A stretch of DNA of 63,127 nucleotides. Source: Thraustochytrium aureum. Lineage: Eukaryota. Shown in pieces: positions 21,436 through 34,457 of the stretch (positions are counted from its first letter, which is position 1; each line of letters starts with the position of its first letter). A program made the translations under genes and the position numbers. The notes below the pieces were generated by a model, which was not told the DNA's origin, did no database searches, and was given only the letters and a program-made list of their open reading frames with translations. The stretch spans positions 39,411-102,537 of the forward strand of contig BLSG01000077.1 in assembly GCA_012862495.1 (NCBI GenBank). Direction: 5' to 3'.

Positions 21436-22590
21436 TCATCATCATTGATAGCTTTTTTTTCAATTCAAGAAAGAAAGCCGAACAACTCGGCAGCCAGTGG
21501 CTCCAAGTGCTCCACGGCAGCGCCGCGGCGTTTTCGTAACGGCCACGAGCTGGGCGGCTGCTGGATGGACGCAGCGCGCCCAGTGCGTCACCGCCCGAGC
21601 CAGAATGCACCCGCCGCATGCGCGGATGGCTGACCAATGCAGAAACCCAGCCGCCCCGTTTCCGGTTTTACCGCGCAATTTTTTACTAGATAGAGAGTTG
21701 TTACAAGAACGCAAAGCGTGGTTCTGTACGAGGACTGTGGTGGGACGTAGGGTGTGGATGGATGCACGAAGGCTTGCCAAGTAAGGTATGGAGTAGGCCT
21801 ATTCGGAGCAGCCATCGACCATCGACGTCGCAGGTGGCCGACAAGGTGCAGCTCCAACGGCGAGATCGCGTCGCGCTCCTCATGCCGCGGCTGCGGAGGG
21901 CTGCGTGATGTGCCGCGGTCGTTCTGATGAAGCCGCAGCCACGCCCCATCGCAGCCTGCACGTGTCCGGCCAACGCCAACGCCAGGTAGCCCAAGGATAA
22001 ATACAAAGTTCTCGTTCAAAGTCTGGCCTGCTGGGCAGGAAGGAGGTCGAGACCGTCACGACGAGACGACGTCGGCAAACATCAGGGAGCTGGGCCATGT
22101 CCCCACGGAGAACAGAAGCGAGGGGGTTCGGTGAATGTGGAGACGGTGGCGATTCTCCCGCGCGAGTCAGAGGTCGCGCCGGCACGCGCGGGACGCGGCC
22201 GTGGCATGTCGTAGCACCCGGAACGCTGCGTGCAGCTGCTCTGATCGGCTTGCCGCATCCCTCCCGGCTCACAGCCGTTTGTTTTGTCATGCCGCACCGC
22301 AGCCTGTCTTCACAAGGCCAACCGTCTCGGCTGGGGCAAAAACATTTGCATCGACGCTCCACGACGCACTTGGGGACCAATCCGTCTCTTTGGTGCGTCA
22401 GGCGCCTCGTCACGCTGAGCGTGCCGAATCCGCGCGCGCTGCCTCCACCGGCCCCGGCAGGGCAGCAGCAGACCCACAACGCTCAGAGCACCCAATCTGC
22501 CACACTGTCAACGCTCTGCACAGACGAACGAGTACTTGGCACGATACAGACAAACCGCAATCAAGCAAGCGCAGTGCGCACGATATCAGA

Positions 22591-23585
22591 ATGGACCCCG
22601 CTACTCGCGACCTTCTCGCCAATGTGGTCGCACCAGCAATTGGAGCAGTCATTTGCAACCTCCTCATGCTTGGCCCAATGNNNNNNNNNNNNNNNNNNNN
22701 NNNNNNNNNNNNNNNNNNNNNNNNNNNNNNNNNNNNNNNNNNNNNNNNNNNNNNNNNNNNNNNNNNNNNNNNNNNNNNNNNNNNNNNNNNNNNNNNNNNN
22801 NNNNNNNNNNNNNNNNNNNNNNNNNNNNNNNNNNNNNNNNNNNNNNNNNNNNNNNNNNNNNNNNNNNNNNNNNNNNNNNNNNNNNNNNNNNNNNNNNNNN
22901 NNNNNNNNNNNNNNNNNNNNNNNNNNNNNNNNNNNNNNNNNNNNNNNNNNNNNNNNNNNNNNNNNNNNNNNNCGACCTGTTTGTTCTGCTGGCCAACTTT
23001 GCCGGCGTCTTCCTCTCCCTGTTCTACCTGCTCTCTGTGGTGCGCCTGACCAGCTCCCCGACTGTTGCGCGAAAAGTCGAGCGCTACACCGTCGCACTCG
23101 CCCTGCTCTGGGGCTCTCTCGATGTCGCCGCGTTGTACCTCGAGTCGCAGGTCGTGCGCAGTGCGGTCATCGGCTATGGCGCAATCCTGATGGCAGTCGT
23201 TATGTACGCAGCGCCGCTCAGCACAATGGCCAAGGTTCTCCGCGAGCGCAACACCATCTCGATCAACATTGGCTTTCTGGTCATGCAGGTTGCCAACTGC
23301 TTCCTCTGGACCGTGTACGGGATCTTTATCGACGACTATGTGGTTGCTGGGCCAAACATGATCGGGCTCGGCCTCGGGCTGATCCAGGCCGCTTTGGTCC
23401 TAGCGCTGCCTCGCAAGTCCCTCTTCGACGTGCCAGCTGCGCCGCAGGCGGCACCGCGAATGCGCGGGCAGAACGAGCCTGTTGCGGTTTTGCCCAAGGG
23501 TGTTTGGAGCGGGACGCCTGCGCCAGAGGTTGTCGTGGAGCCGGCGCCGTCCACTCCACAGAAGCAGGCCCTCACCTGCGTCTGA
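22591..23585 (+). CDS. SWEET/MtN3 sugar transporter (internal gap 22681-22972)
   Basis: APAIGAVICNLLMLGP, MYAAPLSTMAKVLRERNT, LWTVYGIFIDD and GPNMIGLGLGLIQ MtN3 motifs. Confidence 0.92.
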
Positions 23586-23988
23586 GCGAGCGCCTCACCT
23601 CATACAGCTCTAGCTCTAGCTCGACTGCCCTGCCAAAAAGACTCTTGTGAACACTGTACTCACGTAGGTCCCAGCCAGTTCTGACATGACACTGCGCGTC
23701 ACCATCTCCGACCACGCCGCGGCGCTCAAACTCGGGCCCAGGGCACCTCCGAGGAGACTCTGCTTGATGAAAAGAGTGGGAGCTCGCCTCGACCCGCACC
23801 TTGCCTGGACGGCATGGGCTCCTCAACCCACGCCTCGCTCGGTGGTCGCCAAGATACGAAAGGCTCGAGCAGGCGACGATGAGTACTACTCTTGAAAGAT
23901 GCAAGGCAAGACTGGGTTGGGCGAGCTCACGAGCCTCGTTGTGATCGTCTGCGGCTTCGCATCGCAGACCCCGAACGCCTCCAGCCTG

Positions 23989-24076
23989 AGCCAGCCAGCC
24001 AGCCAGCCAGCCAGCGCGCCAGCCAGCCAGTGGGCCAGCGCGTGGGCCAGCCAGCCAGCCGGTGAGCCGGCCAGCA
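23989..24076 (+). repeat. (GCCA)n microsatellite upstream of the RasGEF-VPS9 gene
   Basis: Runs of agccagccagcc seen directly. Confidence 0.85.
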
Positions 24077-24263
24077 AGCAAGTGCCCGGTCCAGCCCTGC
24101 GCGGGGCGAGCGAGGCCCGGACCCGCGGCACATCGCGCTGCCTCCCTGTGGCAAGGTTCGGAGCTCGTAAAAAGACAGGGAGCGACGCGGCGGCGTGAGA
24201 CAAGCCCCTGCACGAGCCCCACAGGGACTGCTCCGGGGCAAGGCAAAGCCGTCGTCTGGCGCG

Positions 24264-27200
24264 ATGGCGAGCGTTTCGTTTGATGACGTGGTGCAACACA
24301 CCCTCAATAGGCTCGAAGAAGCCGCGAGGAACGACAACGTCAAAGCGTGCAAGACTCTAATACAGACGCTCGTGCGGGAGATCATTCAAGAGCAGAACGA
24401 GAGAAGCAACAGGCGCGTGGCCGTGGAGCGCGGCGTCGTTCAATCGATCGTGGTCGTTCTCAAGCAATTCTCTGTCAAAGGCGGCGAGAAGGACCAAACG
24501 CTTCGTTTGCAACTCGTTGTTTCATGTTTGGACATTTTGCTCGAGCTCCGCCCGCGAGTGCGGCTCGACAATTCTGAATACGTGCCCATATGCGTATTGC
24601 TTCGCTCGTTCGGGGTCCAGGTGGTGACCAAGTCCATGCTTATGCACTGGGCCCTTCGTGCGCGCTCGCTTCCGCTCTTGCAAAAGTCTCTCCGAGTTCT
24701 TCTCAATATTGCAGATTCGGAGCAAGGCACGCGCATGCTGCTCGAGCACCAGGTCCACTGCATCCTGACCGACATGCTCCAAGAGAGCCGCATTACCGAC
24801 AATGACACGGTCCTGCTCATTCTCCGCATCCTTGTGGCACTCGCCCTCTTCCAGTCCACTTCGCGGCGCATTTTCCACGCCGCAGAAGAGAGCGACACCA
24901 GCGACCTGGATCACTTTACCTCGAGCCCGAGCTCCGAGCTCAACTCCCCTGCCTCGGCACCTTCACCAGCCTCTCCCTCGACTTCCTCACCGATGCCCTC
25001 TACGACGACAGCGGAGGCGCGAATTCAGCTCCTGCTGGATCGCGGAGCGGCTGCGCCGCGCGACGACTTTGCTTTCCACAAAGAGCTTGTCTGCCTGCTC
25101 TGCATGATCAGTACCGACCCGGAAGGGGCGCGTGCTCTGCTGTCGCTGGACGGCTCTCTGGGCTACGTGGTCCAAGTCCTGCACGAGGCGTCCGCAGATT
25201 CTGGGTCTCGGCCGGCGCCTGGGTCGGTAGAGGCAGATCACGAGGCTGCCGCCCGCCTCCAGGAAGAGTTTCGTCGCCTCGACGCGGGTGAAGGAAACCC
25301 TGACGGCGTTGCCGACGGCGGCCTGGGCCTCTCGGCCGGGCNNNNNNNNNNNNNNNNNNNNNNNNNNNNNNNNNNNNNNNNNNNNNNNNNNNNNNNNNNN
25401 NNNNNNNNNNNNNNNNNNNNNNNNNNNNNNNNNNNNNNNNNNNNNNNNNNNNNNNNNNNNNNNNNNNNNNNNNNNNNNNNNNNNNNNNNNNNNNNNNNNN
25501 NNNNNNNNNNNNNNNNNNNNNNNNNNNNNNNNNNNNNNNNNNNNNNNNNNNNNNNNNNNNNNNNTCAAGCGGGGCCAGTTCTGGGTCCTTTGAACCGGCC
25601 TTCACTATCGATACCATCAATACAACGGCGCGCAACGCCGTCTCGGCGCTCAACAACCTCATCCGGCGCCCAAACGCGACCCAACAGCAACAGCTGGTGG
25701 CCGATCAGCAGGCGCAATCGCTCAAGGACGACGCAAGTAGTAGCGGGGAGCCGCCTGTGGAATCCGCCCAGGACCTCCGAGCCGCCGACGCCAGGCGCGC
25801 GGCCTGCTGGAGCTCAATGCTCCTGCACAACTTGTGCATTGCAAGCCACAACGACGTGCAAATGCGAATGGTGATCGCTCAAGCGTACGAAACCAGCAAC
25901 GCGGTGCTGGGCACACCGTATGACAGAGCGGTGTACAAGCGCATCCTGACCTCGATGCGTGCGGTTTGCGCCTCGATTGTGGTCGACCCGAACGGCGCAG
26001 AGCCATATGGGCTGAGCCCGACCGGCGGCGAGGCCAATCTCATGACTTTTGACGACTTTGACTTGACGGAGAACGCGCCAAGCGTGTCTTACGAAGCGGG
26101 GATCGAAACACCCCTGCGACGAAGGCTACCGATCGCAGAGCAAATCGCGGAGGCGATCGTGCAAGGCGACTCGAGCTCTGTTGTTGGGCTGCGGGACGAC
26201 GACTTTGCTGGACGCGCAGTGCTCTTGAACCTCGACGTCCTGGCGCACACGTACGGCAAGGGAGCCGACATCGCATGCATCCTCCGCGCCCTGCTCGAGC
26301 GCTTCACAGCGCTGCTCACCGACACCAAAAACGGGCTGCCCTCGGTGCTCCCCGTGTCCTCGGCCAGCTCGCGGGCGCTCGGCTTTATCTTTATGCTTCT
26401 CACGCACCCGGTCCTCCAAAAGCGTCTCGTTGAAACCCCTCAAGCCATGGACATTATCGTTGGACCGCCGGCGCTGGTTGCCCGGAGCCACGAGTCTCCG
26501 CGTGGGCGAGCCCAAGAAGACGACGCGCTCTCGTTCCTGGGCATCATTCGGAGCATGGAACTCCCAGAGTACTCGGTCATCCTCGAACGCTGCTTGGACC
26601 GCCCTGGTGGACACTCGCACAAAGCAACTCAAGGTGTTCCCGATGCTTCCTTATCGCTCCTTCCAGGTGGCCTTCCCGTCTGCCGGGTCTACGCTTGACA
26701 CGGCACTCGCCACGCCGCTCCAGCGCCAGACTTCGGTCGAACCGGCTGTGTCGGCCGCTCCTGGGAGCTCGCCGCTCAGCTCGCCGTTACTTTCAGGAGC
26801 AGCCGCGCAGGGAGGCTCGTACAAGAAAGGGCATGGGCAGGCAGCAGCCGCCCCAGGCAGCTCGATGGGATCGCCAACAACACGCGAGGAGCTGGCGCTC
26901 GATCTCAGCGTTGACACCGCACCGAGCAAGGGCCGAGCCTCGCGGGCGGCCTCCATCGCCGGGCTTTCCCCCTCGCGCTTTGGCTTGAAGGGCGCCTCGG
27001 CTGCCGCCGCAGCGAGCGGGGCCGCGCGCGAGCGCAAGGCGAGACGTGCAAGTAACCCGTATATGCCCTCACACAGCGACTTGGTGCTGAGTCCCCTGTT
27101 GAGCGACCATGCTGGAGGGGTCCCAGACGCTAGTGCTGCGACCGACGCTGTTGCGATTTCGCGCGGGTCGAGCGGTTCAGACGCGATGCTCACAGACGGA

Positions 27201-29804
27201 TCTGCGCACAACGCCGAGCTGGGCGCAGAAGACTCGGGTGCGCTTTCCCTTTTTCAGTGGCAAGGCGACGCCAGTGCCGTGGCCGTGCAAATCTCCCTCC
27301 GCCTGGAACGCATTTACATGGTGACCGACCCCTGCAAGGTGGTTCTTCTCGCCAGCCTTGGCGCCAAAGAGGCGCTTCAAGCCTGCCCTGCGGAGGTCCG
27401 CTTTCTGCAAGAGTACAACAAGATCCTGTACTTTTTCAAGGACCAAGTTTTGACGGGCAAGACCTCCGCCATCCGGGCGCGCATTGTGGAGTGTATCATT
27501 GACATCGCGGTGTGCGCCGCGAGCGCACTCCTTCGGAACGCGGCGCTCACCATGGCCTGCCTGGAGGCGCTCAGTTCAAGTCCCGTACGCCGTCTCGAGC
27601 TGACCTGGCGCAACGTTCCACGGGACAAGTGGCTCCACTTCGAGGAGGTCAAGGAGCTCTGTGGCTTTGTTGACGAACCGCAGAGGCAGCCGAAGCGCAG
27701 CGGCGCCGCCGCTACGACCTCCATCACCGCCGACACGGCTACGACCTCCCACGACCTGGTGGACGAGCTTTCGCAGCTCCTGCTTTCTGACCCACCCATT
27801 GGTGAGTCGCCTACCGCGTTTATCGCCGGGGCGCGCATCCCGTACATGCCTGGCGTCCTTGCTGCGCTGCGGCGATCCCGGCGGGTCGTCCACGTCGTCA
27901 CAGTGGAGAGCCTGGCCCCATCCACGCTGACAGCCCGCGACAGCGATGACTCTGGCATCCCGACCGTCCTGCCAAGCCAGCGGACCACTTCAGAGGCTGT
28001 GTTGGGCGCGCCGCTGCATCATCCTCACGGCGGAGTTGGTGTCCAGGGCCGCTCTTTGGAGTCAACGAATGTGGCCTCGACGTTTGAAGCCCAGGGTTCC
28101 GCGAAGGGGGCTGCAAGCGGCGGCGCAGCGGACGATTTGTTGGGAAGCTTTGACGACATCCAGGAGGACAGCGAGTCCAAGCGTGCGAGCTCGCCCACGA
28201 ACGCAGAGACGCAGCACAGGCGCACCACCTCCGGGTCTAAAGCGCCAAACGGAAGCAAAGCAGAGCCGCTCACGCGCTCAACGAGCGCAGGGGATTTTGA
28301 CCCGCTCGGTCTCTTCTCGCATGACGCCCCGGGCTCTCCCGGGCGGCAGTTCTCGCCACGACCAACCAGTGCTCTGGAGGCCGGTGTGGCTGGCCTTCGC
28401 GACGTGCGCGGTGGCTCGGCTCGGAGCGAGGGTGGATCGACTGGCCTGTTCGCAGCGGACTTGGGGGCTCCCCCTGAGGTGACGCTCGAGCCACTCCTCC
28501 AAAGCTATGACGTTCTTGCAAAGTGGGTCACCACCGTGCGGAGCAACGGGGACTGGTTTCAGCGCGTCTACGCTCACCAACCGTACGTGCCTCTCCAGAT
28601 CATGCTCAAAGGCCTTGCGGAGAGAAACCGTTCTACGGAAGCCAAGATGCGCCTGCTCTCGCTCCGACAGGAACCACCGTGGTCGCTCGAGCAAATGTTG
28701 CTTGAGAGCCTCTACGCGATCGAGGGTTGGATCGAGTCGCTCTTCGAGTCGGAGACGGAGGAAGAAGGCAAAGTGATCCGTGCTTTCCGCGAAAAGGTTC
28801 GCAAGCAGGACAGCGGCGACACGCCGCAGACGTCGGGCCGTGTGCACGGCGGGACGGGGCCGAGTACGGCGTCGTCAGGCGGCGCGGCCTTCCCCGCTGC
28901 GACTTCGTCCGGCGCTTTGGCTGCGGGAGCTGGCGCGGGAGCGCAGACGAGCTCCGCTGCTACTTCAAGCTCGGCGCGATTGCGGTCGCTTGGCGAGTCT
29001 GCCGCCGCACAGATCTTTCGGCCGTCGAGCGCCTCGGCCAGCTCGCAAATCGTGGATCCCGGGCCCGCGGTTGGTTCGGCAAGCCGGGCAGCAGGCAGCG
29101 GAGCGGCGGAGAACGGGCCGGCCTCCCTCCCGCGCATTCCTGCGGTCGCTACCGGCAAGCTGATCAACTCGCTCGTGCGCAAGATCTCCGGGGCGCGCCG
29201 GCAGCGCTTGCTGATTGAATCTGGCTCAAGGTCGGCTGAGCACTGGGACCGGATCGTGAGCCACGTGCGCCTCTGCGTCGAAAGGGTCGTGCTCGCCCCC
29301 ATTTGGTCGCGCCTCCTCCTCGGTGCGATGCGCCAGCACATCAAGGAAGAGTGTGCTCTGCAGGAGCGCGTGCTCATCCTTCGCAGTGTCCCCACTTCGC
29401 GCTTGGTCGACGTGCTGGGGTTGCCGGAGCGCGGCAACCTGCACCTCAGCGCGTGGGACGGCGCCGTTTCGACGCTCCGCAGCCTCGACGACGTCGACAT
29501 GCCGTCGTTAAAGCTCAAGATCCTCTTGCGTCTGAAAGACGAGATTTATCGCGAGGCGGCAGACCGTGGCATTGTGGACATGAATGCAGACGAGTTTCTC
29601 CCTGTAATGACCTGTGTTATTGTCAAAGCCCAGCTCAACCACGCGTATGCGACGACGATGCTGCTGCGTGAGCTCCTCAGCGACGAGTTCGTCTCCGGTG
29701 AAGCGGCGTACTACCTAACCACGCTGGAAATCGCGCTTGGCCACCTTTTGCACATCGAGCTCCCTCGCGACATGATTGATGCTGTCCACGCGGGCATGGC
29801 TTGA
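24264..29804 (+). CDS. Large protein: ARM-like helical N-terminus, RasGEF(CDC25)-like domain, C-terminal VPS9 domain; gap 25342-25563, frameshift ~26600
   Basis: Joins ORFs 24195..25874, 25697..26698 and 26430..29804. RasGEF-like motifs RARIVECIIDIA, ALSSSPVRRLELTW, IPYM and LSLRQEP. VPS9 motifs PSLKLKIL, MNADEFLPVMTCVIVKA and SGEAAYYLTTLEIAL. Confidence 0.75.
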
Positions 29805-29901
29805 ACGAGCGAGCTGGAATTCGGAAACGCCGGTCGGTGCATGTAGAATTGGGAATTGGGCGACGGCGGGTTCCGACGTGCTTTGCCTTGGCGCCACTTG
29901 C

Positions 29902-29960
29902 GCGACGATTGCGGGCGAGAGCGTGAACTTGCACGACGATTGCGGGCGCGAGAGCGTGAA
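29902..29960. repeat. Direct repeat CGACGATTGCGGGCG(CG)AGAGCGTGAA x2 in the 3' intergenic region
   Basis: Two copies about 32 bp apart. Confidence 0.65.
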
Positions 29961-30205
29961 TTTGAATTATGAGAAAAACGACTTGTCGTTTGCCGCCTTT
30001 TTACTGGTTCCGCCATGGTCCATTCGAGACTCGAGACTGAGCCGACGTAGTCGACGCCAAGGAAGCAGCATCCGACTGCTGTGGAATGGAAGAGCGCTTG
30101 TCCCGGGTGTCGCCACACTCTCCAAGAAAGGCTCTAGCGAGTAGCAAGCAAGAGAGATGAACGGGCTGAGCACAGCATTTGAAAATCGGTTGAGTTGCCT
30201 ACTGC

Positions 30206-31560
30206 CTACTCTGGCGAACGTTTGCTGATGCATTGTCGTTTCACGCTCTCGCGGCTGACACTTTCGTCTCCGGAGTCAAGCTGGGCCTCCGCCTTCGGTG
30301 AAAAAACCGGCTGCGAGCCGGGAAGCGACGGGGCCTGCATGCCCGGGAAAGCGCTTGGAGGGGGGAAGCTAGCTTGCTGTCTGGCAACGAGTTGCGGCAG
30401 AACGCCCAGACCGAACTGGGCAGGGCTGCTGACGAAAGGGTATGACAGTGGCGGACCAGCAAACTGCCCAATCCCCAGCGGCTGCCCGAAGGCGAGAGGG
30501 GCAGCGGCGGAGTGCGCCGCAGCCCCCGCTCGTTGCCCCTCAGCGGCGCACCCGAACCAGCAGCAAGTGATCGGAGCACGGCCTGGATGTCGATCTGCGT
30601 GACGGACTGCCGAGCCTGTTGCTGCTGAGCCTGTTGCTGCTGCTGAGCCTGTTGCTGCTGCTGAGCCTGTTGCTGCTGCTGAGCCTGTTGCAGAAGATTC
30701 AGCCGATGAATCTGCTGCAGCTGGTGGTTAAGGCTCTGTTGCTGCTGCCACTCCTGGTTTTGCTGAACCTGCTGCTGTTGCGCCCTGACGAGTTGATTCA
30801 CCAGCCACGCGCGCTCCACGCTCTCGGGCGTCAGTGAGGCCGCGTTTTGCTGAACTGCAGTGTGACCCGAGGCGCTTGCGTGCAAGAGGATGTTTTGCCC
30901 GTGGACCAGTTCTACCGGAGAGTGCGACACTTGCTGCTCGTGCTCGATCTCACGAGGACCAAGGCCGTCAATTGGAGCCTGAACCTGCGGCGCGGCGAGT
31001 GTTCGTCCCGCTATGCGTCGAAGGAGTTCCTCGTGATCGACTGGTGCAAGAACATGAGGCAAGCTCGAGTCGCAGTAAGGGCAGTCGTGCTTGCCGCAGC
31101 TCGCAAAGCCGAGCTTGACACGGAGACGGAAGAGCTGAAAACACTTGCTGCAGGTCTCTCGCGACGTGCAGGCAGCGGTGTGCTCGACAAGGCTCGCGAG
31201 CGTTGCGAGGTCGTCCCCGGAAGGAGAATTCCGCTGCTTGCGCAGCTTGAGGTGGTGTCTCACTGCGTCGTGCGTGCGCTTGTTTTTCACGCTTGCATTA
31301 AAGCGTGTCGCTATCTCGTTCATCCACGACTTGCCGCCCCATTTCCGCTTGGTCAGCTGGTGCAAGAACGCACGGAGCAGCTCTGCGTCGCCCTTTATCA
31401 AGCTGAAAAGTGTCTGTTTTTCGTCGTCGGTGAAGCGGCCCGCTGTCCTCGACGCCTCGCCAGAGCACGACGACAAGTCGTCCTCGGAAGAGTCCTCCGA
31501 GCCTGCAGCGCTGTCTCGGCGCTTGCGCTTTCCAGACACTTGTCGTTGCATCGCGCCCAT
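30206..31560 (-). CDS. Putative transcription factor: Myb/SANT-like domain, Cys/His cluster, polyQ; probable frameshift near 30540
   Basis: KRKRR NLS-like motif, RFTDDEKQTL...W..IATRFN...RTHDAVRHH, then C-x5-CxxC...CxxHxCxxC and a Q-rich tract. A more natural Pro-rich C-terminus lies in another frame ending at TAG 30206. Confidence 0.6.
30612..30692 (-). repeat. 18-bp coding tandem repeat (AQQQQQ)x4
   Basis: gcctgttgctgctgctga repeated on the + strand. Confidence 0.9.
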
Positions 31561-33894
31561 CCGCGTGCAGGTGTGGCTGTCTCCGCCTATGTTGCCTGCT
31601 CTCAAGCGCTGTCGAGTTCCGGATTCGAGGTGATGTAGCAACCGCTCCCACTCGCTGACTTTGCTTTGGTTGGGTTGGCTGGCTTGCTGCTGGTGCTGCC
31701 GGCGGGGCTCCGAACCTGGTCTGCCGCGCCTAGATCGATGGTGGTTTGCTCTTCCGTGCTTGCTCGCTCGCTCTCGCGCTGCCGCAGTTCCCTGTCGACT
31801 GCCTCGGCTTTGTGGCTTTGCCGCTCAAGCCCGCGCGAACGAGAGACAAGCACAGAGGAAACAAGCAAGGCCTGATCACGGCAAGCGGCAGATTCCCACA
31901 AGCCAGGCCATTCCACACATCTCGACATTGTCGGGGACGTGCCACCAAAATTGACTCAACGCCAACAGCAACACAAAGCGCGACGTCCTCAGTGCTGCTC
32001 GACCCTGGACCCGCACGGACAGTGTACAGTGTGCAGCTACGACCTGAAACTGAACTGCTGTCCACAAGGGGCTACACAGCGACTACTAGTCCGAGATGCA
32101 AGTAACGATGAATCGGAATGTAAAAGTATGGACATTGTATATGGACACGCGGGAAACCCCGAAGAAAGCTACAATGCGTGCCAGACCGACAGGGGCATTC
32201 CTGCAATGTGTGCAGCAATGCCTTCCTTGTGTTTGCTCAGACATTGATGAAAAGCGCGCCGCGACGATGCAGCTCGAGGCGTTCGAGGGAGGTGCCGCTG
32301 CCGCTCGCATCTGATGCGTTGTTGCAAGAGGCGGGCGAGGGCAGCAAAGCGTAGCGTGGAATCCTCGCTGCTGCAGTTGACGGCGTGCACAAACAATTCG
32401 AGTCCATTTTTTCTCCGCCAGCGTTCGCTTTCACTCGCACAGCCAAAACAAAACTCAATCAACGAGGGTTCAATACGCACGCATACCGGCACTTACCAAG
32501 TATGTAAAGCCAAGCCTTGGTAAAGCAGCTGTGTCCAAGGCGGCCGGCACGGAACGGGCGAGGGTAGACATGCCGGCGTGCGCGGTGCGTCCGGCTCTGG
32601 TCGTTTCGAGCCATGTCAGCGCACACCAGGCGAGTGACATGTCACCGTTCATCGAGAATGGAGTTGTACAGTAGTACCTCTAGCTCCTAGGCTGCTCCTT
32701 GGTAGGAATGGTACCGGTAGGCACGGCTCTGCGTTGCTCTTGCTCGTGGGCTGAATCCCGTTCTCGCCCGTCCAACAGCAACCCTGAAAACGCTGGTCTC
32801 AGCGAGCGCACTGCCGGAATACGAACAAAAGGGAGAGAGAGAGCTGTTCGTTTTTTGAATTTTATGGTTGGTATGTACCCAAAGCAGTCTACCGTGACTG
32901 GACACAGATCCAGTCACGGCAACCACCTCGAGGGGTGAAATGCGCTGCGTGGTCTCGGAAGCGCCGGCCCTACATAATGTCGAGGCTGCGAAGGCTGGTT
33001 CCGCCTTGATGTCATCGCATGAAACCGGTTTTCCTTCCATCAACTCTTTCGCCTGATTGATGGAGAAGCGCGGGCCTGNNNNNNNNNNNNNNNNNNNNNN
33101 NNNNNNNNNNNNNNNNNNNNNNNNNNNNNNNNNNNNNNNNNNNNNNNNNNNNNNNNNNNNNNNNNNNNNNNNNNNNNNNNNNNNNNNNNNNNNNNNNNNN
33201 NNNNNNNNNNNNNNNNNNNNNNNNNNNNNNNNNNNNNNNNNNNNNNNNNNNNNNNNNNNNNNNNNNNNNNNNNNNNNNNNNNNNNNNNNNNNNNNNNNNN
33301 NNNNNNNNNNNNNNNNNNNNNNNNNNNNNNNNNNNNNNNNNNNNNNNNNNNNNNNNNNNNNNNNNNNNNNNNNNNNNNNNNNNNNNNNNNNNNNNNNNNN
33401 NNNNNNNNNNNNNNNNNNNNNNNNNNNNNNNNNNNNNNNNNNNNNNNNNNNNNNNNNNNNNNNNNNNNNNNNNNNNNNNNNNNNNNNNNNNNNNNNNNNN
33501 NNNNNNNNNNNNNNNNNNNNNNNNNNNNNNNNNNNNNNNNNNNNNNNNNNNNNNNNNNNNNNNNNNNNNNNNNNNNNNNNNNNNNNNNNNNNNNNNNNNN
33601 NNNNNNNNNNNNNNNNNNNNNNNNNNNNNNNNNNNNNNNNNNNNNNNNNNNNNNNNNNNNNNNNNNNNNNNNNNNNNNNNNNNNNNNNNNNNNNNNNNNN
33701 NNNNNNNNNNNNNNNNNNNNNNNNNNNNNNNNNNNNNNNNNNNNNNNNNNNNNNNNNNNNNNNNNNNNNNNNNNNNNNNNNNNNNNNNNNNNNNNNNNNN
33801 NNNNNNNNNNNNNNNNNNNNNNNNNNNNNNNNNNNNNNNNNNNNNNNNNNNNNNNNNNNNNNNNNNNNNNNNNNNNNNNNNNNNNNNNNNNNNN

Positions 33895-34367
33895 CTTGCA
33901 AAAGGCCTTCCCCCGAGGGTCGCCCCTTACTCGGACGCCGACGTCGCGTCTGCTATCGCCAGCACGCATCTCTGCCTTGAAGTAGTGGGCACACGCTTCA
34001 GGAATGTGGACGGCGCTCCGGGCCTGCTCAAGCTCGCCGACTGCATTTGCGCTGGGGGGTCGTCGTCGGGCCAGCCGTCCCCGCGCGAGGCCTCGAGGAA
34101 CTCGGAAAGCTTGACCAGGCGGTAGCAGCGATAGGGTTCGATGGACAGGAGCTGGTTCATGGCCAAGCCTCGGAGGTTCCGCTTGGCGGCCCGCTCCGCG
34201 CCATGGTTTGGTGTGCTAACGAGTTGTCGCGCCAGGGCCGCGGGCTCCGCGCTGGGCAACTCGTGATCACAGGCAAGATCTGCGTCGCGCGCGAGGCTCG
34301 GGCCTTTGGGCGGATCAAGGCAGACTTTGGCTCGCTCGGAGCGTTTGAAACGGCGCTCGCGCCATAA
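33895..34367 (+). CDS. 2-keto-4-pentenoate hydratase / FAH-family protein, 3' part (5' in gap); frameshift in the G run near 34055
   Basis: Reads LEVVGTRF...LADCICAGG|VVVG...LGGPLRAMVWCANEL...GLRAGQLVITG...ADFGSLG, matching the MhpD/HpcG C-terminal pattern. Confidence 0.8.
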
Positions 34368-34457
34368 AACTCCATTGATCAGCATCCCTCTACTCGTCGG
34401 CGACCCTGGGGAGGGCGTCGCTGCGCGCAGACATGCGTGGCGCGCTCGTTGGTTTGG

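Noticed and set aside
1871..29804. The two VPS9 genes (plus TRAPPC6 and C2CD5 further right) as a trafficking gene cluster
   Set aside because: They are separated by many unrelated genes and the two VPS9 domains are highly divergent. Chance co-location is sufficient.
31950..33078. Lower-GC intergenic stretch with short ORFs as a mobile element or viral remnant
   Set aside because: No transposase, reverse transcriptase, integrase or capsid motifs, and no terminal repeats recognised. It abuts a gap, so it cannot be assessed fully.
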